A stretch of DNA of 40,523 nt from Cyanophora paradoxa CCMP329 (Eukaryota > Plantae > Glaucophyta): contig QPMI01000146.1 of NCBI GenBank assembly GCA_004431415.1, forward strand, positions 1 to 40,523, written 5' to 3'. Made by a program: the position numbers and the translations under genes. Each line of letters starts with the position of its first letter. Position 1 is the first letter of the stretch. The notes below the pieces were generated by a model, which was given only the letters and a program-made list of their open reading frames with translations, was not told the DNA's origin and made no database searches. This document shows, piece after piece, positions 11,435 to 21,100 of this stretch.

Positions 11435-12245
11435 ATGCCGACCACCTCGGCCACCATCGTGAAGACCGTGTCTGCCGGCTCGATCGTCCCCGATTTCTAC
11501 GGCAACGCTGGGAACGTGGCCAACGCAGGGACGGACAAGGTGGAGTGGGACGGAAACTACGCCACCCCGCTCACCGTGAGGGTCCAGAATCCCGTCATGT
11601 TGCGCGTCACCTCCAACGATTTCGAGAATCCCGCCTCCTGCTCCGTGTACGTGTACTTTGACATCGACTCGGGCGTGAGCGCGGATGAGGCGGAGGCGCT
11701 CTGGCTCTCGGGCCTCCTGAAAAAGATAGAGCCCTCTGTGCCTGATCGGCCCGCCATTCGCGTGCTCGAACTCAGTTCACCGCTAACACCGCCCTCACTC
11801 GCAAATTCGGGAATGGTGCGAATCCGAACATCAAAACGCATTTAGATGGCGCCCTCATCGATGCCACACACAAGACCACGCAGGCCGTTCCCTTTGAGAT
11901 GTACAACCTCTGGAAGATGACCGCAAAGGAGATGATGACGAATGCCACCACGGGCGGCGCCTCGGGTACCGATTATTCATACGGCGCCTCGAATCCCCGT
12001 ACCCAGGTCTGGCCCCGCTCCTCTTCACGAAATTCACTTTCAAATTGTACAACAACATCGCCGGAATGCCTACCTCTGGAATGGTCGTGGGCTCTACCCT
12101 CATGGCCGAACTAATTGAGGCAGAGGCGGACTACACGACTGCGACTACCAACTCGACAGCGCCAGGCGCCGGAGCCGAAGTTTACGTGGCCTGGGAAACG
12201 GTCGGTCGCGAGTACGACACCAAGATTCACACCACTAGCGTCTAG
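11435..12245 (+). CDS. Viral beta-rich hypothetical protein, paralog B (frameshifted)
   Basis: ORFs 11435-11845, 11899-12114 and 12045-12245 join into about 270 aa. Shares QNPV, SGL(L/V)KK, LFTKF and AELxE..PGA with paralog A. Confidence 0.65.
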
Positions 12246-12599
12246 ACTGGCTAAGCTGCATTAGCACCTGTGTCGCCTCCATCATCTCCCGAATCTCCTC
12301 GCTCTTCTCCTGTAAATTGGCGTACCCCCTCCTCTTCTTGCGAATCTCCGACATTGATGCCCAGCGCAGGTTCTCCCTCCTGTAGTCCAGCGGGTTGCCG
12401 TTGATGTGTTCCACGTAGCGTCCACGTGGCGACTTCCCGAGGATCAGCTGGAGAGGTAGTGCTTGCGCCCTCCAAACGTCTTGCTCACCCTGTCCCTGTC
12501 CACTCTCCAGGGAAACTCCAAGGCACTCGGGGGTACGTCCGAGTTGACCAGGACGTTGTAGGCGACGTCTTGCGAGTCGGTGCACCGGAGCAGGGCCAT
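12235..12599 (-). CDS. HNH endonuclease (HNH_3-like), one frameshift
   Basis: MALLRCTDSQD..RKHYL/QLILGKSPRGRYVEHINGNPLDYRRENLRWAS matches the DHINGxxxDNRxxNLR pattern; AAAATG start at 12599. Confidence 0.8.
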
Positions 12600-12620
12600 T
12601 TTGCCCTAGGTTCAGAAAAA

Positions 12621-12709
12621 CCTGGGACTTGGACTTGGGACTTGGGACTTGGGACTTGGGACTTGGGACTTGGGACTTGGGACTTGGGACTTGGGACTTG
12701 GGAAGAGTT
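12621..12709 (+). repeat. CCTGGG(ACTTGGG)11AAGAGTT module, copy 1 (G-quadruplex-forming)
   Basis: 10 perfect and 1 imperfect heptamer, counted directly. Confidence 0.95.
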
Positions 12710-12810
12710 GAAACCCAGGTCCCGGCCCAGACTTTCTCCAGGATCAGAAATTTGTCAGACAAGTCAGGTGAGTTTTCTACCGACTTTTTTACTCCTACCA
12801 CTCCTCATAC

Positions 12811-12857
12811 TCTTTTTTACTCGTAGTCTTTTTTACTCGTAGTCTTTTTTACTCGTA
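12811..12857 (+). repeat. 16-bp tandem repeat TCTTTTTTACTCGTAG, about 3 copies
   Basis: Read directly; a further degenerate copy lies at about 12784. Confidence 0.9.
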
Positions 12858-13136
12858 TCCCATCTCGTACCCTCCTTCTCTCGACATCTCACACGAAAAC
12901 TCCTACCCCTCTTCACATCCGTTTTCGGTTGCATACTCTCGTGAGCTTTCATGTCCAGTATCATGCTACAAGTCGTACACCAGTTCAGACTCTACCTCGC
13001 TTGAAATCTCACCTGGAATGTCACCAGAAACGTCATATGCAGATTTCCGTACCCCTCTACATGTCTGCCCGGTGGTTAGGGACTTGGCGCGGCAAACTCT
13101 CAGATCCAGAGAGATTCTGGCCCAGACCCTGAGTCT

Positions 13137-13198
13137 AACTCTTCCCAAGTCCCAAGTCCCAAGTCCCAAGTCCCAAGTCCCAAGTCCCAAGTCCCAGG
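13137..13198 (-). repeat. CCTGGG(ACTTGGG)7AAGAGTT module, copy 2 (inverted relative to copy 1)
   Basis: AACTCTT(CCCAAGT)7CCCAGG on the + strand. Confidence 0.95.
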
Positions 13199-13268
13199 AT
13201 CGCGCCAAGTCGTAACTGAATAGTCGGCCAATTTTACAAGTATGTACAATGGAATGACGCAATACTAT

Positions 13269-14338
13269 TTACAGCATCTCAAAGTCAGAGTCATCGTCAT
13301 CGGAAACCAACTCAATGAGGCCCTCGGGCGCCGACTTAAGGGGAATGCGGGGAAGGGACTGCGCTGCCTGCACCAAGTCCTGCCGCTCGCGCTCGCGCTG
13401 CGCCGCCAAGGCCGCTGCCGCCTCTGCCTCGCGCTGCTGCTGAGCCTCGATGCGCGCCTTGAGCTCGGCCGCCTCCTTCTGCTTGCGCTCGGCGATCCGC
13501 GCCTTGTTGATCTGGTACTGGACAAGGCGCTCGTGGCGCCGCTTGCGCTCCAACTCCTTGCGGAGCTCGTTGCAGAGGACGCGCTTCTCAATGGTCTTGA
13601 CGTGCTGAGTCAGGCGCTCGCTGTAGTGTGACGTCACGCGAGAACGGGCAATGCCGGCGCCGAGCTTCAAGTCCTTCTCGTGTGCCTTGGCGGGGTCCTT
13701 GACGCGCTCGGAGTTGTCGGTGAATGACGTAGTCTCCATGAACTTCTTCTTGACGATTGACTTGGTCTTGATAATGCGGCGCTTGCGAGTCGGGTTTTCG
13801 TTGTCGCCTTCAGAGTCAGAAGACGACTCAGAGTCGTATGGAATCGGCACGTCAAAGTCGATGAAGTCGTTGATGTCAGACTCGACGTCAGAGGCCTCGG
13901 ACTTGGCGTCATCGGCGGGCTCGGGGGCGGGCTCGGCGACGGGCTGAGGGGCAGATGACGACGATGACGGAGGGGGGTAATTCGTGAAGACTTGAGGGGG
14001 GTAGGCCCAGGCGAGCGTCTCGGCAGCAGACTCGGCGAAAAGCTTGGGGTCGCCCCAGCCGTTGGCGGTCTTGACCCAGCCGGGACGGGGGGCACGTCGA
14101 CGGGGGGCTCGGGCTTGGGTTGCTTGGACTTGGATTTCTTGGCCTTGGACGTGAAGGCGGACTTGGGGAGAAGTTGCACTTCGGGGCCAGTGGCGCGTAA
14201 GATGGCATAATTGTAGATGTACCCCAGAGCGTCGGCGCGCTGCTCCATCTCAGGGGTAGCCCCTTGAGTGCCACCGGAGTTAGCCCACGTTGCTTGGACA
14301 AAGGCGAAGTCCTCGGCAAGCTCAGCGGGAATCGACAT
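13269..14338 (-). CDS. Viral hypothetical protein: Pro-rich/acidic linker, basic NLS-like stretch, coiled coil, C-terminal SIM-like acidic tail; frameshifted
   Basis: MSIPAELAEDFAFVQATW.. joins ORF 13269-13850 (RKRRIIK, ELRKELERKRR.., LIELVSDDDDSDFEML*). Confidence 0.7.
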
Positions 14339-14678
14339 CTGCGCAAAGGGAAAAGAAATCAGCAAAGGCAAAACGTGAGGTGACTGTGAGGGCGGACTTG
14401 TGAAAATTCGGAGAGGCGGGGTTTCCTTGGGCTGAGAGAAGGCGGCGAACCCGTTTCAAGAGTGAGCCAAAATGGCGGCGGACCGCGGTTTTGTGGGCGA
14501 TTTTTTTCGCGGTCTAGTTCGCAACGGAAAACGTTGCCAACTGGCCTGAAAAAAGCCAAATTTAGCGTTGGACCGAAGGCAGAAAAAGGGAGCCGGCCTG
14601 ACGGAAATCGCCCGAGTGCGTCCGCCGAAGGTCGAGTCTCGGGCCGGGGGTACACCCTCAGGGGCCCCCCCTGGCCCC

Positions 14679-15148
14679 TCACCCTGGTAGTGCCCTCTCA
14701 AAGGGATTTTCGAAGCCGTACAATTCTTGGTAAGTCTCGTAATCCGGGCTGTACCCCCTCACAATCTGCGGGAGCCCCATTGAAAGCCTCCGTCTATCCT
14801 CTCTCAATTCCCTGCGGAAAAGTCTACGGTCTTCTCGAGCTTCGCGTGTCACGCCAGCTGGGCGTGGTCTATGATTGTTAGGGTTGTCGTAGCCTGGTCC
14901 CACCAGCCTCACGAAATTTTCGCGTATGGCCTCGGGGAGGCTCTGGAAACGGCTCGTCGCGTGGAACTCAATCCATTCATTGAATCGACGCGGATATTGA
15001 CGGATGACTTCAAGCACGCCCTGTGTGTTGGGCTCTGGTGTTACGTCGGGATGTCATGTCCCGTGAGGTGCCAACGCCAGAACTCGCGCAACCTCTCGAA
15101 TGCCATATTCAACTCAAAGGGAAAATCGTAATAGAGATTGCCTGACAT
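14679..15148 (-). CDS. Viral hypothetical protein (one frameshift)
   Basis: MSGNLYYDFPFELNMAFERLREFWRWHLTGHDIP/DVTPEPNTQGVLEVIRQYPRRFNEWIEF..; AAAAATG start with the upstream motif. Confidence 0.65.
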
Positions 15149-15199
15149 TTTTCTCCCCGTCCGAAAATTTCCCCGCTTTTGGGTCCAGACTCTGATTCC

Positions 15200-15261
15200 A
15201 ACTCTTCCCAAGTCCCAAGTCCCAAGTCCCAAGTCCCAAGTCCCAAGTCCCAAGTCCCAGG
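15200..15261 (-). repeat. CCTGGG(ACTTGGG)7AAGAGTT module, copy 3 (direct repeat of copy 2)
   Basis: AACTCTT(CCCAAGT)7CCCAGG on the + strand. Confidence 0.95.
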
Positions 15262-15869
15262 TCACATTTTTCTCCCATTTTGACTCGAGATTCTGACCAA
15301 GTCCAAATCCGGGCCCGGGATTCGAACCCTCGTTTTCGATCGATTTCACGCGTGAAAACGGCACTTTTCGGCCTTTTCCGATTTTTCCTTTCTCGCGATC
15401 GCATTAATGTCCCCGATCTCGAAATCGCGATCGAAAAGGGTCGCGATCGGGAGAAAATCGCGATCGCCAGGGTCGTGATCGGGTCGCGATCGCCGCGATC
15501 GCCAGCCTCGGAGGGGGTACCCCCACAGCTGTTGCGGCGGTTATAAGAACCTCCGCAATCCAAGCGTCACTTCCGAGTCTCGAGCTCTCGGAGTTGACTT
15601 TTCGCGTTTGGCCCATTGATGGCCCTCATATATATACCGTATACGTAGTATAGTGCGCATACGCGGTTCCGCGGCGGGGATCCGCGGCCGGTACCGATGG
15701 CCGGGCTAGCCATCGAGTTTTCTGATCATGAGGATACAAGCTTAAGGGTCTAGTCTAGAGCTTAAGCTTATGTATGTATCGGGCGGTGGAGGCCAGGGCC
15801 GGGGCATGCGGGCCTCCCCAGCTGCAGCCTCCCCATGGCCACGAGGGGGGAGGGGCCCCGAGCCCGCCC

Positions 15870-17585
15870 CGCCGGCGCGCCCTCTGCCTTCGCACCCTCC
15901 TCTAGCCCGGCCCACGTGCACACCCGACTCCCCTTCTGCCCCCCCCCCCCCTCCCTACTGATTTCTACCTCCTCCTTCCCCCCCCCCCCCCCACCCCAAC
16001 CCCCACCCCCCCTCCCCTAGGCCTCCGGCGCGGCTGTACGGCTTTCCGATACACGGGGTACACGCACGCACGACTTGGCCCAGTGGGGGCCGGTGGTGGG
16101 GTGCAGGGGGCAGGTCACGACCAGCTGAAGGCCTTAAGCTCAATATAAAGCTAATTATATAAGAGGCGGGGAGGATCTTGGGGCTGCCCGGGGCGCCGCC
16201 GGCCTCCCGAGGCCCCACTGGACGCGCTGCACGGAGACGGAGCGCGCGGCCGGGCGGTGCAGCGCAGGCTTGAGCGAGGGCGGGGCCGGCACGGCCGGCG
16301 CCCTCCTCCGGCCGCCGCCCCTCCCTCCGCGCGCCCCGCCGCCCTCCTGCTCGAGGACTGCCTCCTCCCCGCCGACGAGGCCGCCTGGCCCCCCGCCGCC
16401 TTCGCCGGCGTCAGCCGGTGCGCCGTCTCGAGCGCCGGTTCGCGCTGTACCCCCCAACCGAGCGTCCCGCAGGGTCTCGATCCGGGTGCGGGGCCGGGGC
16501 CCCCGGGCCGCGGCGGGGGGCCTGCCCCTCGCCGCCATGCGCTGGCTCCACCGTCCGCCCCTAGCCTCCCTCTCTCCGCCCCCAAAACCCCCCTCGGCCG
16601 AGCCCCCGCTAACGTAAACCCAGGCGGGGCGCACGCGGGGACGCTGGGGGAGGTCGAGGTCGAATTGAGCGGCCCCGACCTCGAGTGGCCCGCCCGCCCC
16701 GCCCCGCCCCCGCCCTCCCCGGTGCCCCGGGCCCGCCCCGCGCACCCACCCACCCAAGCCCTCTCAAGCCCGCCCGCCCCGCGCGCCCCGCCCCGCCCCG
16801 CCCGCCCCGCCCCGCGCTAGACCTGGAGCGCCTGCCGGGGAGCTCGCGCGCCTCCCGGAGGGCGCCCGCGTCGTCCTGCGCCTCCCCGCCCGCTTCCGCG
16901 GCTCCAGGTGCGCACCCCCCTCCCCCCACGAGTCTTCTGAGCGCGGGGCCGGCCGCGGGGCGCCAGGTTCGTGGACGGGCGGCTCCCGGCGCTGGTGGAG
17001 GCCGCGCGGGCCTTCCCGCGCCTCCTCCGCGCCCTCGAGATCCACGAGGGGGAGGAGGGGGAGGGGGAGGGGGAGGGGGAGGGGGGGGCGGCCCGGGGCA
17101 CCCTCGACCGCGCCCTGTTCCGATACCGCGCCGCCCGCGTGCGCCCGTACCCCTTGCCCCTTCATCCAGTATGTGGGATCGCTGAGGGGCGCGCGGGGTG
17201 CAGGAGTGCCTGGCGGCGCTGGACGCGGCCGGCGCGGCGGCGGCTTGCGAGCTAGCGCTGCGCCCCCTCTTCCTCCGCACCCTCCTCTAGCCCGCACCTG
17301 TACCGCCCTCCCCCTTTCTCTGATTTGTACCTACGTATACTCCCCTCCGGATCCCCCTCCTCCGGATCCCCCTTGGCCTCCGGCGCGGCTGTACGTATAC
17401 GGCTTTCCGACGTCGACTGCACAAGCTTAAGGGCCGCCCGTGGTACACACACGCACACGGGACTTAGCCATGGGCCGGGCCGGGCCGGGCCGGGGGCGGG
17501 ACTTAAAATTCGACCGGCGGGTCATGATCACGATGGCCAAGGGGGCGCGGCCGGCCGCGGGGCCCGGGGCGGGGATGACCTTGCC
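15870..17585. repeat. Diverged, partly tandem duplication of the 3' end and downstream flank of the C2-domain gene (homologous to about 34020-34490)
   Basis: 16175-16295 matches 34368-34487 (CCCCACTGGACGCGCTGCACGGAGACGGAGCGCGC). 17100-17480 matches 34025-34325. 15890-16080 matches 17275-17470. Confidence 0.8.
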
Positions 17586-18103
17586 AACTTGGCAAGTTGG
17601 GGCTCAGCGGCTGCCCATGGCCAGGGCCCCGCCGGCCATCTCGAGGCGCCGGCCTCACTAGTACTAGTACTGGACCTCAGGGCCTGCCGCACGCCTCCGC
17701 CTCACCTCAGAGCTCAGAGCTCATGATCAGAGAACAGAGAACAGCATTCAAGCTCGAGCTCAAGTGCAAGCTCGAGCTCGTTGTCAAGCGTCTTTAATAT
17801 AATGAAGTTTTATCAAGCTTCTTGGCTCACCTTCAAGCTTATAATTAAGGCTGAGTTCAAGCGCGTGGCTCTCAGAGTCTTGAGCACATGTACAAGCTTC
17901 CCGGCTCGAGCTCAAGCTACAGCAAGCGCCATGCTCAAACCTTTAGGCTTGATCTCGAGCTTCACAATCAAGCTCAAGCTCAAAGCTCCGAAGATCAGGC
18001 AAGATCTAGAACGGCTAGCGCCGACCACCAAGCTTAAGTTATTTCCGGCGAAAGCGGCACCCCGCCCAGCGCCTCAGCGGCCGGGCGCCCCCGGCGCCGG
18101 CGC

Positions 18104-21100
18104 ATGCGCATGGCCAGGGGGAGCCACGACGCCGCTTTCGGCGGCATTGTGGCTCTCCGTACAGCCGATCTGGAGGCCTGGACGCGCTTCGCGGATCGCG
18201 GGCGGATCCGGAGCCGCGCAGACGATGTGACCACCGAGGAGGCGTGTTCGGTGTTCCGCGCTTGCAGCATCACCTCTAGGCAGTTCTTAGAACGCTGCGC
18301 GAGGCGCGCGGAGTGCCCGTATGGTGCGCTATCCCGATGACATCGATATCCGGGATATATCGATCCCGAAGATCACGGAGCCTCCAGGACGAGTTCGACC
18401 GCTCACGCCCGACGCGCAGCATGGTCTTCCGAGCACGACAAAGTGTCCGCGAGCGTCCCACATCGATGCAGCTACGTGTACCAGGCCAGCCGAGCCCCGC
18501 CGCGCGTCGTTGCGCCCCGAGAGCCTCTGCCGATCAGCGATCCCTCGAAGAAGCGAGCGCGGCCGAGCGGCGTGCAGGAACAGTATGCACTGGACGTTGC
18601 GGAGCGCGTCATGGCGAAGCAGCGCGGCGTCGCCGAGCGCGTCCTGCGGCAGCTCGAGCCGGAGGACTCGAACTCGCGCGCCGCGATCGGGCGCTTCCTC
18701 CGCGCGCTGCGCGCCATCGACGACGACGACGACGACGACTCCGACGACGACGACGAGCATCTCGCCGCGGCGCTCGAGGACGCTCGCGACGAGGCGGCGG
18801 CGCTGCACCGCCTGTCGCTCCGGCAGGTCGACGAGGTGACACGGTCCCCGCCGCTCCGCCGGCGCCGCGGCTGACCCCGGCGCAGGCCTGCCTGCTACGG
18901 CTCGTGCAGGTGCACATCTGGACGCTGCTGCTGCGCGGCGAGGCGCGGGACGCAGTCCTCGAGCCGCTCGCCGCCGCCGTGACGGACAGCTTTGCGCCCG
19001 ACGCCGGCCGCGCCTGCCGCCGCTGTGGCGAGGCGTGCCCCTGCGGCGGCTGCGGCGGCTGCGGCGGCTGCCGCTCGCGGGCGCCGCACGGGCGCGTGCC
19101 TGGCGCCTGGCACCTGCACCCGCACGCCCTCGGAGCCCCGGCGTACGCGGACTTTCGCGCCGCGCTGCTCGACGCCTTTCCTCACCTCCTGACCGCCGAG
19201 ATCGTTGACGGTCAGGAGCTCTCATGGTGTTCTCTGCTTTCGTGACCATGATGGCCTTCGCAGCGGAGGCGCTGAGGTGCGCGGTGTGGGAGCGGAGGCG
19301 GCGGGAGGCGGCGCGCGAGGCGGAGAAGTGGGGCGCCCTGAAAGCCGCCTGCACGCCGCCGAACCTGGTCAGCGCCCTCCTGCGGACCGCGCGCGCCTAC
19401 CTGCACAAGGCCGCGCGGCGGTTCCCGGCGCCAGCTGCAGTGCGGGAGGGGACGGCAGCGTCGCGCGTGCGCGTGCTGGACCTCAGCGGCAAGGAGGTGG
19501 GCAGCGACGGGCAGCCTGCGGGCCTGCACGAGCGGCTGCAGGAGGAGGCGGCGCGGGCGGCGGCGCGCGGCGCGGCGGAGGCGGCCGCGCTGTACGAGGA
19601 GCACGTCGGCGGGGCGGCGCGGCGGGCGCTCGGCGCGGGGCGGGGGCGGCCGGCGCCCGCCGACGTCGAGTGGGAGGAGCTGCTCATCGTACGGACGCTG
19701 GCGGAGGGCGACGCCGCGGCGGCCGCGGCCGCCGAGGCGCGGGCGGCGGAGGCGGGGCGGCGCGCGGATCGGCTGCAGCGCGCAGCGGCAAAGGCGGAGC
19801 GGGCGGCGGCCGTGGCCGAGCGGGAGGCGGGGCAGGCGGAGCGGGCTTTCGCGAGGGCGTCGGTGGCGGCGGTTGCGGCGGAGGCGGAGGCCGAAGCGGC
19901 GGTGCGGCAGGCGCAGGCGGCGGCCGAGAAGCAGCCGAAGGCGGCGGCGGACGCGGCGGCCGCGGCGGCCTCGGCGGCCTGCGCGAGGGCCGCGGAGCAG
20001 CTGGACCGCCTCCTGGAGAGGCAGGAGCGGCTGGAGCAGCGGCGGGCGGGTGCACCGGAGGGCCGCGCGGCCGCGCAACGGGCCCGGGCGGTGGCCGACG
20101 AGGCGCTCGCGGAGGCGGCGGCGGCGTCGCGGGCGGCGGGGCGGGCGTCCTGGCCGCCGCTCTACGCTCGCTTCCGGCGGCTGGCGGCGGAGAGCTGCGG
20201 GCAGCCGGCCGAGTGCGTGGACCTGGCGGTGTGCGCGGCGCTGGCGCGGCGGGCGGTGGCGGGGAGCTGGAGGGGCGGGCCGGGGGCCCCCTGCTCGCCG
20301 CCCTCGTGGAGCGCTGCGCGCCGAGCGGCGACGGCCGTGGCCGCGCCGCCGACGAGTGGCTCCTCGACCCGAACGCCTTCGACGAGGTCGAAGGGTGCCG
20401 GCCGGCCGATCGCGACCCATCCCTCTGCGCGTGCGCCCCGGCCCCTCAACTCGACCTCGTTCGCAGATACGAGAGCTTCCGGTCGGCGTCCGCCATCGCC
20501 GTGTGGCGCATGCTCGACGTGGGCGATCTCAACCCGGCCAGTGCCCGCTCCTCCTCCGACCTCGACGCCTTCGTGGACGGTCCGTCCTAGGCCTCTGCCG
20601 CAGCGGGGCCTTCGAGCGCGCCCCGATCGCGATTCCCGCCGCAGAGACCGTCCACCGGACGGTGCTGGAGCTCGCGCGGCGCAACGCGGGGCGCTGGCGG
20701 CGCGCCAACGCCCGCGCCCGCTTCCTCGCCTTCCTCGCCCGCCACCGCAAGGCCGCTTCGCGGGCCAAGGCGCCGATCCTCGACCCCTGCGCGTGCCAGC
20801 CCGACTGTGTGCGCTCTGCTTCGAATCTTTGTTTGGCGATGAACGACTGATGCGTCTTCCTGCCTCAGGACGACGGGCAGGCGATGGCGCCGCTGTTCGC
20901 TTCGCGCTGGGTTCGGCCGCATCGGTTCGGGCCGCCGCTGGGCCGCTCGGCCCTCTCCGCGGCGCAGGCGGCCAGCGTCCGCCGCGAGTACCTCCGCTGG
21001 GCGCAGGCGGATGTCGGCTGGCCCGACGGCCTGCCCCCCTCGGCCCCGCTCCCCGTCGACCTTGCGGCGCCGGTGGATCCGGAGGACGACCCGCCGGCGG

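Larger units (their letters stand above)
1..15530. mobile_element. Endogenous dsDNA virus (Polinton-like virus/virophage-like), right part; left end lies outside the window and the right boundary is approximate
   Basis: Tightly packed, almost intron-free ORFs with A-rich ATG context. Fibre/peptidase-S74, FN3, HNH and penton-like proteins. Shared upstream motif. Abrupt switch to palindrome-rich, intron-rich host DNA at about 15.55-15.65 kb. No MCP, ATPase or pPolB recognised. Confidence 0.72.

Noticed and set aside
12426-13262. ORFs with WDLGLGT / PSPKSQV repeats
   Set aside because: These are translations of the heptamer arrays; the real HNH start is the AAAATG at 12599.
12621-15261. ACTTGGG arrays as a CRISPR array or a true telomere
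   Set aside because: There are no unique spacers and no cas genes. The arrays are short, internal, in both orientations and have fixed caps.
1-15530. Bacterial prophage or contaminant interpretation
   Set aside because: No consistent Shine-Dalgarno sites; A-rich eukaryotic-virus ATG context; a probable spliceosomal intron; no terminase or portal seen. Not fully excluded without read support at the junction.
1-15530. Major capsid protein, packaging ATPase, pPolB, integrase, protease
   Set aside because: No Walker A, polymerase, DDE or tyrosine-recombinase motifs were recognisable, so none is called.
17781-18040. ORF MSSVFNIMKFYQASW.. as a gene start
   Set aside because: Composed of AAGCTT/GAGCTC palindrome runs typical of non-coding host DNA here.
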